Shown one piece after another: positions 1-12,620 of a stretch of 64,000 nt of DNA (positions within the stretch are counted from its first letter, which is position 1; every line of letters begins with the position of its first letter). Below the pieces are notes generated by a model that searched no databases, had not been told where the DNA came from, and worked only from the letters and a program-made list of their open reading frames with translations. This stretch comes from Carcharhinus amblyrhynchos (taxonomy: Eukaryota), in the NCBI GenBank assembly GCA_965287045.1, contig OZ336878.1, positions 42,160,001-42,224,000 on the forward strand, in the 5' to 3' direction. The translations under genes and the position numbers were made by a program.

Positions 1-631
1 CTTTTGACAGATCACCTGCCTTTTGACGACAACAGTCCACTATATAAATGTATTCCTTCTTTAGCAGATCATAGGGTACAGAGATGGTCTTTGACATTAT
101 CCGCACACACCTATGATAGTAAATATTGTCAATCAGAGCAACATGCAAACACTGCTGTTTTGTCAAGACTGCTAATACAAATCAAGCAAGAAGCTGAAGA
201 GAATTTTGTAACCTTCTACCTTTCTTACAAGCGAATAGTGTACCTGTGACTTCATCTCAACTTCAGAGACACAGAAGAACTGATCCAGTGATGAGGAAGG
301 TTATGAAAGGAATGATGACAGAAGGACAGTGTAAAAACCCAAATCTCAAGCCTTACATCAGAAGACGACTTGAGTTGACAGTCCAGAGTGGTACTTTGTT
401 ATGGGGAACCGAATGAATATTCCTCCTTGCTTGCGTAGAAAAATCCTTGCACAGCTGCACAAGGGACATCCAGTTGTGGTGAGAATGAAGGAACTGACAC
501 TTAGTTATTTCTGGGGGCCAGGATTAGACGCACAAATCAAAGAGAATGTGGGGCAATGTCAGTCCTATGCAAAGCTAGGAAACACTTCACCGCTACAATC
601 CTGGCATCAACGGGAATGGCTGAAACACAGT

Positions 632-721
632 AAGAAGTCTCACAACACTAGGTTAAAGTCCAACAGGTTTATTTGGTAGAAAACGCCACAAGCTTTCAGG
701 GCTCTGCCCCTTCGTCAGGTG
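632..721. repeat. Short interspersed repeat fragment, possibly a Penelope-like terminus
   Basis: aagaagtctcacaacactaggttaaagtccaacaggtttatttggtag breaks the Gypsy frame; family assignment from memory only. Confidence 0.4.
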
Positions 722-895
722 CTTTTGAAGAGGTAAGAGCAAAATTTGATCTTCTCATACCATCTGATACTTCAGAGATTATTGAATGACAACAAAAAGC
801 ACAGGCTTCTGGAAAGGACCAGAACTCTAAAAAGGAGAACAAGTACAAGCACTACCAATGGAAAATGGCTACCTGCCATTATCGTAGGAAAAACA

Positions 896-2741
896 AGACA
901 AAGACAAAGAACAGTACAGCACAGAAACAGGCCGTTCAGCCCACAAAGCCTTAGCCAACACATGACGCCTTTCTAAACTAAAGACCTTTTGCTTCTCTGC
1001 AGTCCGTATTCCTCTATTACCTGCCTATTCATGTATCTGTAAAGATGCCTTTTAAATGTTAATACCATATTTGTTTCTACTAGCCCCTTTGGTAGCGCAC
1101 TCTAAGCACTTGCCATCCTCTGTGTAAAAGACTTGCCTCTCACATCTCCTTTCAATTTTCCCAATTTTACCTTCAACCTATGTCCCTTAGTAAATGATAT
1201 TTCTACCCTGGGAAAAAGACTCTGACTGTCCATTAAATCCATGTCTCATAATTTTATGAACTTCTATTAGGTTGCCCCTCAGCCTTTGATTTTCAAGTGA
1301 AAACAACCACGTTTGTCCAAACTCTCTTCATAGCGAAAACATTCTAAACCAGGCAATATCCTGATAAATCTTTTCTGCATCTGTCCAAAGCCTCCACATT
1401 CAGCTGGTAGTGTGGCGACCAAACTGTATGCAGTATTCCAAACATGGCCTCACTAAAGTTCTATCCAGCTATGGCATGACTTGCCAATTTTTATACTCTA
1501 TGCCCCGACTGATGAAGATAAGCATAGCATCATCTTCTTGACCACCTTATCCACTTGTGTTGCCACTTTCAGGGAACTGTGGACCAGTACGCCTCAATAC
1601 CCCTGTATGTTAATGCTTCTTAGAATTCTGCTATTTCCTGTGCACGTCCCTCCTGCATTAGCCCTTCTAAAATGCATCACTTTGCATTTTATGGGATTAA
1701 ATCCCATTTGCCATTTCTCCACCCAAGTCTCCAACTTATCTATATCCTGCTGCATTGTGTGGTGATCCTCCTCACTATCCGCAGCTCCCCCAATCTTTGT
1801 GCCATTCGCAAACTTACTAATCAGACCACCTACATTCTCCTCCAAATCATTTTTTAATATATATATTGTAAACAACGGGGTCCTAGAGCTGATCCCTGCA
1901 AAACACCACTGATCATAAATCTCCAGTCAGAATTTCCATCATTTTTCGCTATCTTCTATGACCAAGCCAGATCGGTATCCATCTTACCAGCTCACTGCGG
2001 ATCCCCTGGGACTTTACCTTCCATATCATGAGGTCCCTTGTCAAAGGCCTTGCTAAAGCCCATGTAGACAACATCCACCACCCTGCCTTCATCAATCATC
2101 TTTGTCACTTCCTCAGAAATCTCATTCAAGTTTGTGAGACATGACCACCCCAGCACAAAGCCATGCTGCATATTGCTAACAAATCCATATTTTACTAAAT
2201 GTAAATTTCTGTCCCTAAGAATCTTCTCCAACAATTTCCATACCACTGACATAAAGCTTGCCGGACTGTACTTTTCTGGATTATCCCTGTTGCCATTCTT
2301 AAACAAGGGAACAACATTGGCTATTCTCCAGTCCCCTGGGACCTCTCCTATTGCTAATGAGATACAAAGATTTTGTATAAGGCATCAACAATTTTCTCCC
2401 TTATCTTCCTCAGTATTCTGAGATAGTCCCCATCAGATCCTGGAGGTTGTCTACCTTAATGTCTTTCAAAGTACCTCACACCTTTTTATATTGACATATC
2501 CTAGAACATCAATACACTCTTCTCTAGGCCCACCATCCACCATGTCCTTCTCCCTTGTGAATACCGATGCAAAGTATTCCCTAGGACCTCACCCTTCCTC
2601 CAGCTCTATGCATAAATTTCTTCCTTTGTCCTCGAGTGGACTTACCCTTTTCCTAGCTACCCTCTTGTTCTTTATATGTGTATAAAACATCATGGGATTT
2701 TCCTTAATCCTGTTTGCCAAGGTCATTTCATGGGCATTTTT
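896..2741 (-). mobile_element. CR1 LINE, 5'-truncated and decayed
   Basis: RT remnants KNGNRDNPEKY..FSKAFDK and ISKFANGTKIGG..WQMGFNPIKCKVMHF; (tctttg)n tail at about 896-910. Confidence 0.9.
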
Positions 2742-3694
2742 AGGTCCAATATCTTACACCGCACAGGCAAATAATGAGAGAGTTTGGCAACATCATAGTG
2801 ACCAGATACTTCCCTCACGAAGTGAAATCATTGATGCTTCACAATAAGTACTGACATTGGAAATGCTAAGTTAGTCTAGACAAATCCAGATTCTGTTTCT
2901 GAAGAATCTTCAACACTAATAGAAACTGACACTGAAATAGTTTCACATGAGGAATTACCAACCGAAGAAAAACAGGACACTTCAAGGGTCTCAAGTAGCA
3001 AAATTCCAATTGAATTCGGTACAATGCAAAAGAAAGACATCCACCTAAGAGAATGTCTTATTAATTGTTTATGTGGGAAATCATATTTAATTCAGTCTGT
3101 TGGTGAAACATTAAGAAAGATTGTCGTTTGCAGACAAAAGAAGTAAAACAGGAGGTATATTATGTATTTAAAGTTGTTGCATCTCTGCTGGTATAACATT
3201 TTGTGGCCTGGAGTGATATAAGCAGAGGGATTTGGAGGCTTTTGAGGCTCTTCCATCTTTAACCTGGAAAAAGCAACATCTCCAAAATAAACCTGTATTG
3301 CACTGATTTAAGCACACAAGTAAAGCACCTCATTATTTCTCTCTTTGTTGTAATTCCTGATCAATGCATAATGCAATGAAATTATATAAGGGAAAGTCAT
3401 TATTTCTGTAAAAAGAACTCTTAGGTTTGCTGAAAATTTAAGCAAATACCTTTTGGCATAAAAATTTTGCAGCTGTTCTACGCTGCAAGTCACTCTGAAC
3501 CAGAAGCCCATTGTACGACCATGACCAGTTAGGAAGAATATGGGAGCTAAACAGAGACACAGGGGAGAAAAGGCTGGGAGTTTGTGATGACAGAGAAAGA
3601 GAAAGCAAGGATATAACATAGACACGCACAACTTCCGGGATTTGTTTTGGCTATTATTGGCCATGGAAGAAATTCCTACCCATGAGAACGTGAT

Positions 3695-4244
3695 TCTTCC
3701 CGCTTAGAAAGGATAGCAGGACTAGGGGACACAGCCGGCGGCACAGCAGTTTAAACAAAGAACAAAGAACAACCCAGCACGGGAAACAGGCCCTTCGGCC
3801 CAACGAGCCCGCACCGCCGCAACACCCTACACCTATTCTACCCTGCGTGTCTACAAATGGAACCCCTAACTTAGCCAGATTCAGGGGAGAATAGTGTCAA
3901 TTTGGTAAACCAATCAGCCTAAGAGCACATCTTTGGGGTGTGGGAGGAAACCGGAGCGCCCGGAGGAAACCCAGTTTAGATCAGAGTTGAGGAGGAACTT
4001 CTTCACTCAAAGGGTGGTGAATCTCTGGAATTCTCTGCCTGTTGAAGTGGTGGAGGCTACCTTGCTAAATATATTTAAGTCACGGGTAGGTAGGTTTTTG
4101 ATAGACAGGGGAATTAAGGGTTATGGGGAGAAAGCGGGAAAGTGGAACTGATCCACTTCAGATCAGCCATGATTTTACTGAATGGCGGGGCAAGCTCGAA
4201 GGGCTAGATGGCCTACTCCTGCTCCTATTTCTTATGTTCTTATG
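3695..4244 (+). mobile_element. Young CR1 3' fragment containing an antisense V-type SINE segment (3737-3971)
   Basis: FPLRKDSRTRGHS|insert|QFRSELRRNFFTQRVVNLWNSLP; CR1 3'UTR with (ttcttatg)n tail. Confidence 0.88.
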
Positions 4245-4882
4245 GTTATAAATTGTGAAAATACTCCATTTCTCCATTAGTCCAGAATTTTTAACATTTT
4301 GCACAAACAAAATTGTTCTGGCCAGTCCTGTAGCATCCATAATTCAGTTAAATTTATTTCAATAGGATACATATGGTAAGAATAGCATGTTTTAGAGGAG
4401 CTGGTGTTTTTGAACACATGATTCCTAGAACTTTTCATCACTAGAAGATTTTCTCATCTTATGTCTGGGTCTAATGTATGACAATTGATTGCAACAATTC
4501 CATCATCATTGTATCATACAATTACTACAATGCATGCAGGAGACCTAGATGGATCACAGTCTTGATTCATTAAGCAACTTCCACGTTCCTAGGATACTAT
4601 CCAGTATTCTTCTGGCAAAGTGGAATATCAAAGTAGTAACTGTCCAAGGTACAGGGAGAATTATAACTTAGAAAAGAAATAGATTTAAAATAAGAGCACC
4701 ATGCTTCTCCATAAAGGAAGCAAAGTTGCAGGAGGATGTGGCTTATGTGCTTCTAATTACTATACTGCATGTTTATGGATTGGGATGAATCAACTTACTG
4801 ACACTGAGTACTTATCAATTTTTCAAAAACACTTAGTTGTGATATTGCAAGTGCATGTTACACTTATTAACATTATTCTTAC

Positions 4883-5221
4883 CTCACTTGCATTATTATC
4901 TTGCAATAATTGTGAAACATTAAGTATTTGATCATCAGCTGTTTTTACGTTTGTTGGGATTGTCAGCTCAGAATATTCCAATCGATCGTTTATATGTTGC
5001 TTGTCAACATTTTCATAAGTTAGCTGTTCTAGCTCATTCACATCATCCACCAACATTTCCCGCTCTTCATTTCCCTGGTTCCACTGATCTCTTGCAAACC
5101 TCTCTGTTGGCCCAAATTTAGCTTCACTGCCAGCCCTGCTGGGACATAAATCCAACAACTCTAAATGCGGCTCAGGTTCATCAACTAGTTCTTCTTCGGA
5201 AAATGAAGCATCTTCAAATTC
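4883..5221 (-). CDS. PATJ: PATJ exon J (acidic linker), 339 bp, phase 0->0
   Basis: caatag|GAATTT...AGTGAG|gtaaga; EEELVDEP and EEREMLVDD match human KEELVDEP / EEREILVDE. Confidence 0.88.
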
Positions 5222-5309
5222 CTATTGGAAGTAACAAAAAAAAAGCGCAAGTTAGAGTTCATTTATAATGTAACAAAACACTTATCTGTTTCTCATCCTT
5301 CTCCAACTT

Positions 5310-5854
5310 AAATTCAGGATCCCACCTGCAAAAAAAAACCAGTTGCCCCACAACCATTTAATATTCAGCAAGGCATTTAGTGGCTCAGGGCAAGACTTTT
5401 GCCCCCAACTTGGAAGGAAGTCTCACCTTAGAGAGCTTTCTAATCTGATTGGCCAGCTGCTCTGTAATCCCAGCAGCACCAGATTCAAGTGGTGACAACC
5501 GTTAGGTCCACAGCCAATCCTCACAGAAGAGGAGGCCAGACTGAAGTTAAGTCTGTTTTATCTCTGGGTCCAGGCCGGTAGGCCCCGCCGAGGAGGCGGT
5601 GAGGAGAAGGGCCATATATGACAGACAGTGTGGTGGGAGGGAGAATCAATGGGGTGGATATGATCTTGACGGGATAGGCTGCTTCCGATGAGCACAGGAG
5701 ACTGCAAAAGTGGTCTCCCCATTGATGCCCAATATCAGGTCGCCCACTAAAAGCTGCTGGGTGCTCTGCTTGGCATGGACCTTCCTCAGAAGAAAGGATA
5801 GACTGTAGGATGCTGCATTCAAACACACCAGCAGCTTAGCATAAAATCCAGCCC
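5310..5854. mobile_element. Possible MITE remnant
   Basis: GC-rich island ending in aaaatccagccc, similar to the termini of the 46100-46784 element; no clear left TIR. Confidence 0.3.
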
Positions 5855-6889
5855 TTAATTTAGGCATTAGTACAATAATTTCACAATAATTTTGAATGTC
5901 AAAAACTATTTTAGCCAAAGTTTGATAAGGAAACATACGATTTATCTGAATTCTAAATGTAATTTTGCCACACATTTTATATGCTGTGCCATATTTTCTC
6001 CTTTACATTTGAAATATTAAAAAGATTTGATGCCATTAAGAAATCCATGTCATCCCTAATGATGAGTGGGCACTGTGAAAAGATCTATTTGTTGCGAGCA
6101 TTATCAGTTTCTATTTTATTAAAGCACATAATTCAGAGAACCATATTGTACATGCAAGTGCTGAATTTCACAAATCTTTTTCAATAGGAAAAAATGAAAC
6201 CAACACGGTACATATCAACAGAAGCTTCAAACAGTGAATACTAGGTTAACTCTAAATCAGCTGTCATCGTGCATATATTACATTGATGCTCTGGAGCATG
6301 CTTATAACACTCATGGCTGGTCTGACCTGAATTGTGACTTCAGTCATTAGTTATAAAGACCTTACTTTTTTCACAACAGAGGGTGCCAGTTGTTATTTAA
6401 ATAATAATGTCAAATCGCATGCAGGCAACGTGCATTAACTGGGGCATTAGCTGGGGATTCACTCGTGCTCTTATAAATAGAAACAAACTAAAACTGTGAT
6501 AACTAGATTAGAAGCCACAAGGTTCTAATGTATCTCTTCAAATAAATAAGTACATAAAGGCTGACTCCAACTCTATCCTTCACTACTTGACTTTCTGGAG
6601 TACAACACCAGTGATGTGGAGTAGGTCTGTTAATGTCTCGCAAGGAGAGAACAATGTTGACCATTCTGGTGTAGACTATTCAACAAAACAGTTCTGACAG
6701 GAATTTGTGATAAGGATGGCAGTCTATTGTTCCTCTTCATGCATATCAGCATTCTTTTTTACATTTCAGATCACATGCATCTGCAGAATCTTTCTCTTTC
6801 ACGAATTTCTCCTATTTTCTTGCCTTATTCTCATGCAGATTTTTCCCATGTTTTTTTCATTACTTTGGCAAGATGAATAATCTTTATAC

Positions 6890-8056
6890 ATAGGAACATG
6901 AGGAATAGAAGCACCAGTATGTCATTTGGCCCCTGGAACCTCTATCAATAAGATAATGGCTGACAGATTGTGACATGAACCCAATTTTACTGCCTGCCCT
7001 TCAAACTGTTGTCTCCCTCACGATCCAAAATTTTGTCCAATTTAGTCTTAAATATACTCAGTAATAATATGCCCAGCCTCCACTGTTCTCTGGGATAGAG
7101 AATTACAAAGATTTACTCTTTGGGAAAAGATTTTCCTCATTCCCTTCATCTTAAAAGGGAGAGCTTGTATTTTAAAACTGCATTCTAGTTCTAGATTCCT
7201 CTGCCGGGGAATCCTCTCAGCTTCTAACCATTCAAGCCCCTTCAGAATCTTACATGTTTCAACAGATCACCTCTCATCCTCTGAACCCAAATGAACATGG
7301 CCCAACCTGTTCAACATTTTCTCAGAACACAATCCCTTCATCCCAGAATTAACACATTTAACCTTTTCTGTACTGCCTCCAATGCAATACAGCGTTAAAT
7401 GAGGAGCCCAAACTGTATGCAGTACTCTAAATGCGATCCCACCAAGGCCCTATACAGCTCAACTTCCCTACATTTAAACTCCATCCCCCTTGTATTCTAC
7501 TTGCCTTCCTAATTACTTGCTGTGCCTGCAGGCTAATGCTTTGTGATTTATCCACAATGAGTTGAGGAGGAACTTTTTCACTCAAAGGGTGGTGAATCTC
7601 TGGAATTCTCTGCCCGTTGAAGTGGTGGAGGCTGCCTCGCTAAATATTTTTAAGACGCGGGTTGATGGGTTTTTGATAAGAGAGGGGATTAAGGGTTATG
7701 GGGAGAAAGCGGGAAAGTGGAACTGAGCAGCGACAGATCAGCCATGATCTTATTGAATGGCGGGGCAGGCTCGAAGGGCTAGATGGCCTACTCCTGCTCC
7801 TATTTCTTATGTTCTTACATCCAGATCCCTCTGTAATGCAATATTCCATTGTCTCTCTCCATTCAAATAATATTTCTTTTCTATTCTCACTACAAACTGT
7901 TCCGCATCCCAATAGGCAACTACGTTTGTTTCCACATCATTCTCCATGTGTCAAGCTTTTGCCCACTAATTTAACCTATCTATATCCCTTTGCAGGCTCT
8001 TCGTATTCCCCTGAGTACTTGCCTTCCTATTTATTTTTGTATTGTCAGCAAATTTA
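6890..8056 (-). mobile_element. Old CR1 3' portion, host of a young CR1
   Basis: CR1 3'UTR at about 6890-6970; decayed RT C-terminal sequence continues on both sides of 7558-7817. Confidence 0.8.
7558..7817 (+). mobile_element. Young CR1 3' end
   Basis: 9 differences in about 258 bp (by eye) from the reverse complement of 49136-49403; ttcttatg tail. Confidence 0.92.
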
Positions 8057-8382
8057 GCCGGAAGAAAAATGCACTGTGTTTGACTTATTTGGGGAGATTG
8101 TTACATTTGATATGAATTTATATAATTAACCAGATACTAAACAAGAATGATTCTTCTGAAACACTGCTCCCACCAAGCACCACCCATCCCATCCCCCGAA
8201 CCCCTGCATGCACAAATAGGTCAATTCTGTCCGTAAGTCTGTTAATTCTAGTGACTGGCATTCACCACTGCTTTGTCCAAGGTGAAGTTCCGTATGAAAA
8301 AGGTTCAGGTATATTTAAAATTCATGCAGGCAAATACACATATTATTAAAGTAATTTAAAATGCAAATATAGAAGCACTTAC

Positions 8383-8502
8383 ATGGGGTACTGGTAGATT
8401 TGAGGAATAATCTAAATCCAATATTTCTGAGTCATCCCTTTTATTCTCTGTGGTAGCAGTTACGCTAGTGAAATCTGAATTGTCATTTTCATTTGCTTCC
8501 GT
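8383..8502 (-). CDS. PATJ: PATJ exon I (linker), 120 bp, phase 0->0
   Basis: ttttcttctcag|ACGGAA...CCCCAT|gtaagt; open 40-codon frame TEANENDNSD...LPVPH. Confidence 0.82.
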
Positions 8503-8984
8503 CTGAGAAGAAAATACTTGATTGTAAATTAAGTGATAGTCTTTCCTGCCTTCACTCCAACTTACACATGTTCACAAATACAGCAAAACAATCTAATCAA
8601 GCAATATTTATAATGAGATATGCATCTCCTCACAAAGGCTTCAACTTTGTCACTTTGTTGGGGTCAACATCTAAGCACCTCAGAAAGGTCCATGATTTTC
8701 ATACACATTCTGATGAATGTGATTATTATATAATCTTTATAAATTAATGACATGCTTAGATTATGCATAAATTCAGATGTCTTAAGAAGTTCAAACCTCG
8801 TTATGATTGATTTCAACGTTTCATTAAAACAGATCCTTATGGATGAAAGTAATTGCAGGAGTGAAATCATCTGACATGTAGTGGTGGGGGGGTTTGGGGG
8901 GAGGCGCGGTGGAGGTATATGAGACATTCCAATAGGATTATGAATCTCAACTGACTTTATTTTTTAAAAAAAGGATTTTCTGAC

Positions 8985-9232
8985 AACTTAGTGAATAAAT
9001 GCACAGCCTGGCGGTGAATTGAGGCATACACAACTGCAAAGGTTGTATTTGAATCTCTATTTTGTACACAGTTAGTTGATTTTTATTGAAGGATAAGAGG
9101 AGCATTATCCTCATTCTCAACCAATAAAAAGCAAAACATTTCTTGCCAGATTCTTGCTTCTGATCGCTACGCTGTGACTCCGATTGAAGAAGTGCATATG
9201 CACAGACAGATTTAGTTTGCAGTCGTGCCCTC
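8985..9232 (+). mobile_element. Decayed SINE, LF-SINE-like
   Basis: aaatgcacagcctggcggtg..gttagttgat..ttcttgcttctgatcgcta..tgactcc motif order resembles LF-SINE-type elements; strongly diverged. Confidence 0.4.
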
Positions 9233-9319
9233 TATCTTTATTTAACCAATGTCACTATCACAGAGGAATTGAGCAAGATACAACAGAGTAAGACAGATAA
9301 TACACCTGTGCACATTCTT

Positions 9320-9710
9320 TGAAAGAGCTAAATTATCAGCTCCAATTTCCAGCTCTATTCCCACATTCTCACCTGCACTTTTTCCTTTCAAATACATATT
9401 CAATACCCTGTCAAATTTTACTAAATCCGCTTCCACGATTTTTTCTCTCGGTACATTCCAACTCTTAATAATTTGCTTTGCAAACAAAAAATCATAACCT
9501 ATCTGAACCTTTTTCAAATTACCTTAAATTTGTTTCCTTGAGTTACCCACCCTCGTGCCAATGAAAGTAGCATCTCACTACCTACTCTTATCAAAACCCC
9601 TTGGAACACCTCAGTAAATCTTTCCTTAACCGAATAATAAGTCAGCTTGAAAGATAAAAATGATAGTTTTTCCAAATATTGCACATACTGAAGTCTTTGC
9701 CCTTGCTACA
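9320..9710 (-). mobile_element. Very old CR1 3' remnant
   Basis: FAKQIIKSWNVPREKIVEAD..FDRVLNMYL resembles the CR1 C-terminal FTQRVVNLWNSLP motif. Confidence 0.6.
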
Positions 9711-9714
9711 AGAA

Positions 9715-10241
9715 TACAATGCTGTTAGGGTTGGACTTCCAGGATTTTGACCCAGTGGCAATGGAGGAATGGCAATATATTTCTAAGTTAGGATGGTGAG
9801 TGACTTAGAGGGAAACCACCAGGTGGTGGTGTTCCTGTGTGTCTGCTGTCCTTGTCCTTTTAGATAGTTGTGGTCATGGGATGGAGCATGCTGTCTGCCT
9901 CGGTGAGTTCCTGTGGTGTACCTTGAGAATGGTACATACTGTTGGCCCTGTGCATCAGTGGTGGAGGGAGTGAATATTTGTAGATAGGATGCTAATTATG
10001 TGGGCTGCTAACCCCAAATAGTATCGAGCTTATTTAGTGTTGCTCGAACCGCACTCATCCAGGCAAGGGGAGAATATTCCATCACACTCTTCACTTGCGC
10101 ACTGCACATTGTTGACAGGCTTTAGGGATTAGGACTGAGTTGCTCACTGCAGGATTCTTAGCCTCTGACCTGCTCTTGTAGCCACAGCATTTATATGACC
10201 AGTCCAGTCCAGTTTCTGGTCAATGGCAACCCCAGAATGTG
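9715..10241 (-). mobile_element. CR1/L2-group LINE fragment, same family as 55640-58104, 5'-truncated at about 10241
   Basis: ILGVAIDQKLDWTGHINAVATRAGQRL..AQVKSVMEYSPLAWMSA; aligns to 55760-56130. Confidence 0.8.
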
Positions 10242-10275
10242 AACTCCAAGGTTTCTCAGTTTCCGTAGCCCATGT

Positions 10276-11151
10276 ATAAACAGATTATATTGATATCTAT
10301 TCTTCCTCAAAAGCTGCATTCCAAAATGTTGTACTAGAGCTATATGATTAATCACATATCTATGCAAATACTAAATGTGAATGGCTTTATAACCAATTTC
10401 TCTTGATTCTGGAATTGCAAGCTACAAGACAACATCAGCCAGTATTAAACACAATTCAATAATAGTCAATATCCCCGTTGTTTAGCAAATCCATATTATT
10501 ATTCTTCATGTTGTCCAAACTGACGTACATTGCAAGATCTGAGCATTGTATCATATTGTCTTCTCTGTTGCAAAGTTGTAAATAAAGTTAGTTCAATAAT
10601 GGCTGCCTGCAGTTGAGGATGTAGTCATCTTACTCTGTGCAATACACAACCAAAAGATGACAACAAGACTGGGTTAGAATTTTCTTTACATTTAATTTGA
10701 GAAATTGAGGACAAAAGAAAATTGTGACACATTTTGGAACCCCTAACGTCAAAGAAGTTAGAGCAATTTGAAAGATTGCTTTCTGTACACATTGTGAGTC
10801 AGCATTGTAATTAATTGCATAATTGGCACAGATGGTATAATTGGGGACAACGGGGAAATTCAACCCTAACTTGGAAGACTGGTGTAATTACATATTTGGC
10901 TGAAAGGGAATAAAATCGTAGATGAGGAAGGAGGAAATGTTTTCCTCATCATGAGGGGCCAGAGGCTTTTGAGTTGGTATCTAGCTGGCTGATGTTGTTT
11001 TGGGGCTTGCAATTCCAGAATCAAGGGAAACTTGTTATGAAGCCATTCACATTTAGTATTTGCACAGACATGTCAGTAGTCATACAGCTCTAATACAACA
11101 TTTTGGAATGCAGCTTTTGAGAAAAAATAGGTGACAATATAATCTATTTAT
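10276..11151. repeat. 167-bp ungapped inverted repeat (10276-10442 / 10985-11151)
   Basis: Manual alignment 147/167 identical, no indels, 542-bp spacer. Confidence 0.92.
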
Positions 11152-11179
11152 GTCTGTGAGACCCCAGAGCTGTGGATTA

Positions 11180-12478
11180 TTCTGAAATTAATGAAATTCT
11201 GGACTCATTCTGGCACAACCAAGAATGAGATTACACTGGGCACACGCTCCATCAAAGGAAATAGGTGCTGAGTGACACAGTTATAGATTACACTTTCAAA
11301 TTAAATAAATTCTCTTGTCACACAGTATGGCACAAACTTAGAAATCAATCGTTGAGACAGGTTTACTGGAGGCCTAAAGAACAATAAAATCCAGGCCAAG
11401 CTTCTGAGCAGAGGCAATGAGCAGATGTCGAAGGATGGCTGTAATACAGCCAGAACTATGAAAACATGATGGCTACAAATTGCAAGGGAGTCTGTTTTCT
11501 GATTCAGCAGAAGAGGTCCACCAGATTTTAGCAGAATCCAGCCAAGTTCAGTTTCAGAGACAGAAATTTAGATGTTACCATTGCCATGATAACCACCAAC
11601 CAATTAAATGCCTAAATTTCAAGCCAAAATGGAAAAGTCTGTCACGCCGAGATGGCATGAAGGTTTAGAGGAAACAATCACGTCCCAGATCACGGCCAGG
11701 CATCAGGTCAAGGGCATGACAGATCTAAAACTAGTTTGGGAGTCTGTAAATCCTCAAATGTATATATTATAGATAATGGAAACAGAAATAAATGTTATCA
11801 AGCAAGAAGGTCAAAAGTTGTATTTTGTCAGACAGCAAGAGAAACAGAACATGAGAGATGAGAATAATAGGCCGAACACATAACTCCAATGCCTACAGCA
11901 GAAATGAAAGTCAGAGATTCACAATTGTTGATAACAGCTGTAACAGGGTGTTATTTCAGAAGGAGTGTACAAAAAAATCTCAAGTCACTTTCCTGAATGC
12001 AAAACTGATGTGAAATTGATTAATTATTGCAATAACAGTGTTCCAGTGCTCAGTCAAGTTAATGTGAGGGTGGAATTTGATGATATATTCTAATAGTTGC
12101 CATCGGTAGGAGTAGGAGGGAACAAAGTCTACCTGATAGAAAGGGAAAGCACAACGTGGTCTTTGAACAGGGAGAACCAAATGACAAATTAGCCATATGT
12201 TCTTTCAAGATTTCCAATTATGATGGATTCATTTCTAGCCATTGACCTACTTAATTACTTTAGATGCAGAAATGTCCTACCTGAGTATGCCAGACAAATT
12301 AGAGAAGAAACTCACAATGGTGTGGTACTCAGTAAAATGCTCACTTAATATCATGAATGAGAGATGATTAAAAATTGCATGAGTATTTCAGTCACAGAAA
12401 TGAACTGAGTGTAGATCAAGCTGTGTCCAATGTCACCAAGATTTGGAAAGCGAAATCGTTCGAGGAACTTCATCAAGA
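11180..12478 (+). mobile_element. Very decayed Gypsy gag-pol remnant
   Basis: CCHC knuckle RCYHCHDNHQPIKC followed by decayed pol-like patches. Confidence 0.55.
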
Positions 12479-12620
12479 GTTAAATTGTCTCTTAGTGTCA
12501 GGGGACTTGTAAGGTAAATGCATGGCTGTTACAGGGATCAGGCCTGGGTGCGTTTGCAGTGAGTTCAGATTTGTTGGGCCGAATGGCCTCCTTCTGCGCT
12601 GTAGGAATTGTATGATTTTA
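12479..12620 (+). mobile_element. HE1-like SINE 3' part
   Basis: gggccgaatggcctccttctgcgctgtaggaattgtatgatt CR1-derived tail. Confidence 0.75.

Larger units (their letters stand above)
1..3300 (+). mobile_element. Degenerate Gypsy/Ty3 pol 3' part with probable 3' LTR remnant, interrupted by later insertions
   Basis: RVQRWSLTLSAHTY..HANTAVLSRL (RNase H end); LHKGHP..RMKE..YFWGPGLD (integrase Zn region); GKWLPAIIVGKT resumes as GPISY..VWQHHSDQ at 2743; TATA-like and AATAAA signals at about 3215-3291. Confidence 0.8.

Noticed and set aside
8878-8918. G-rich run, possible G-quadruplex
   Set aside because: Short low-complexity tract with no other evidence of function.
10529-10634. Cassette exon in the loop of the inverted repeat
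   Set aside because: An acceptor-like site exists, but the phase-0 frame stops at codon 14 and the donor is weak; no support.
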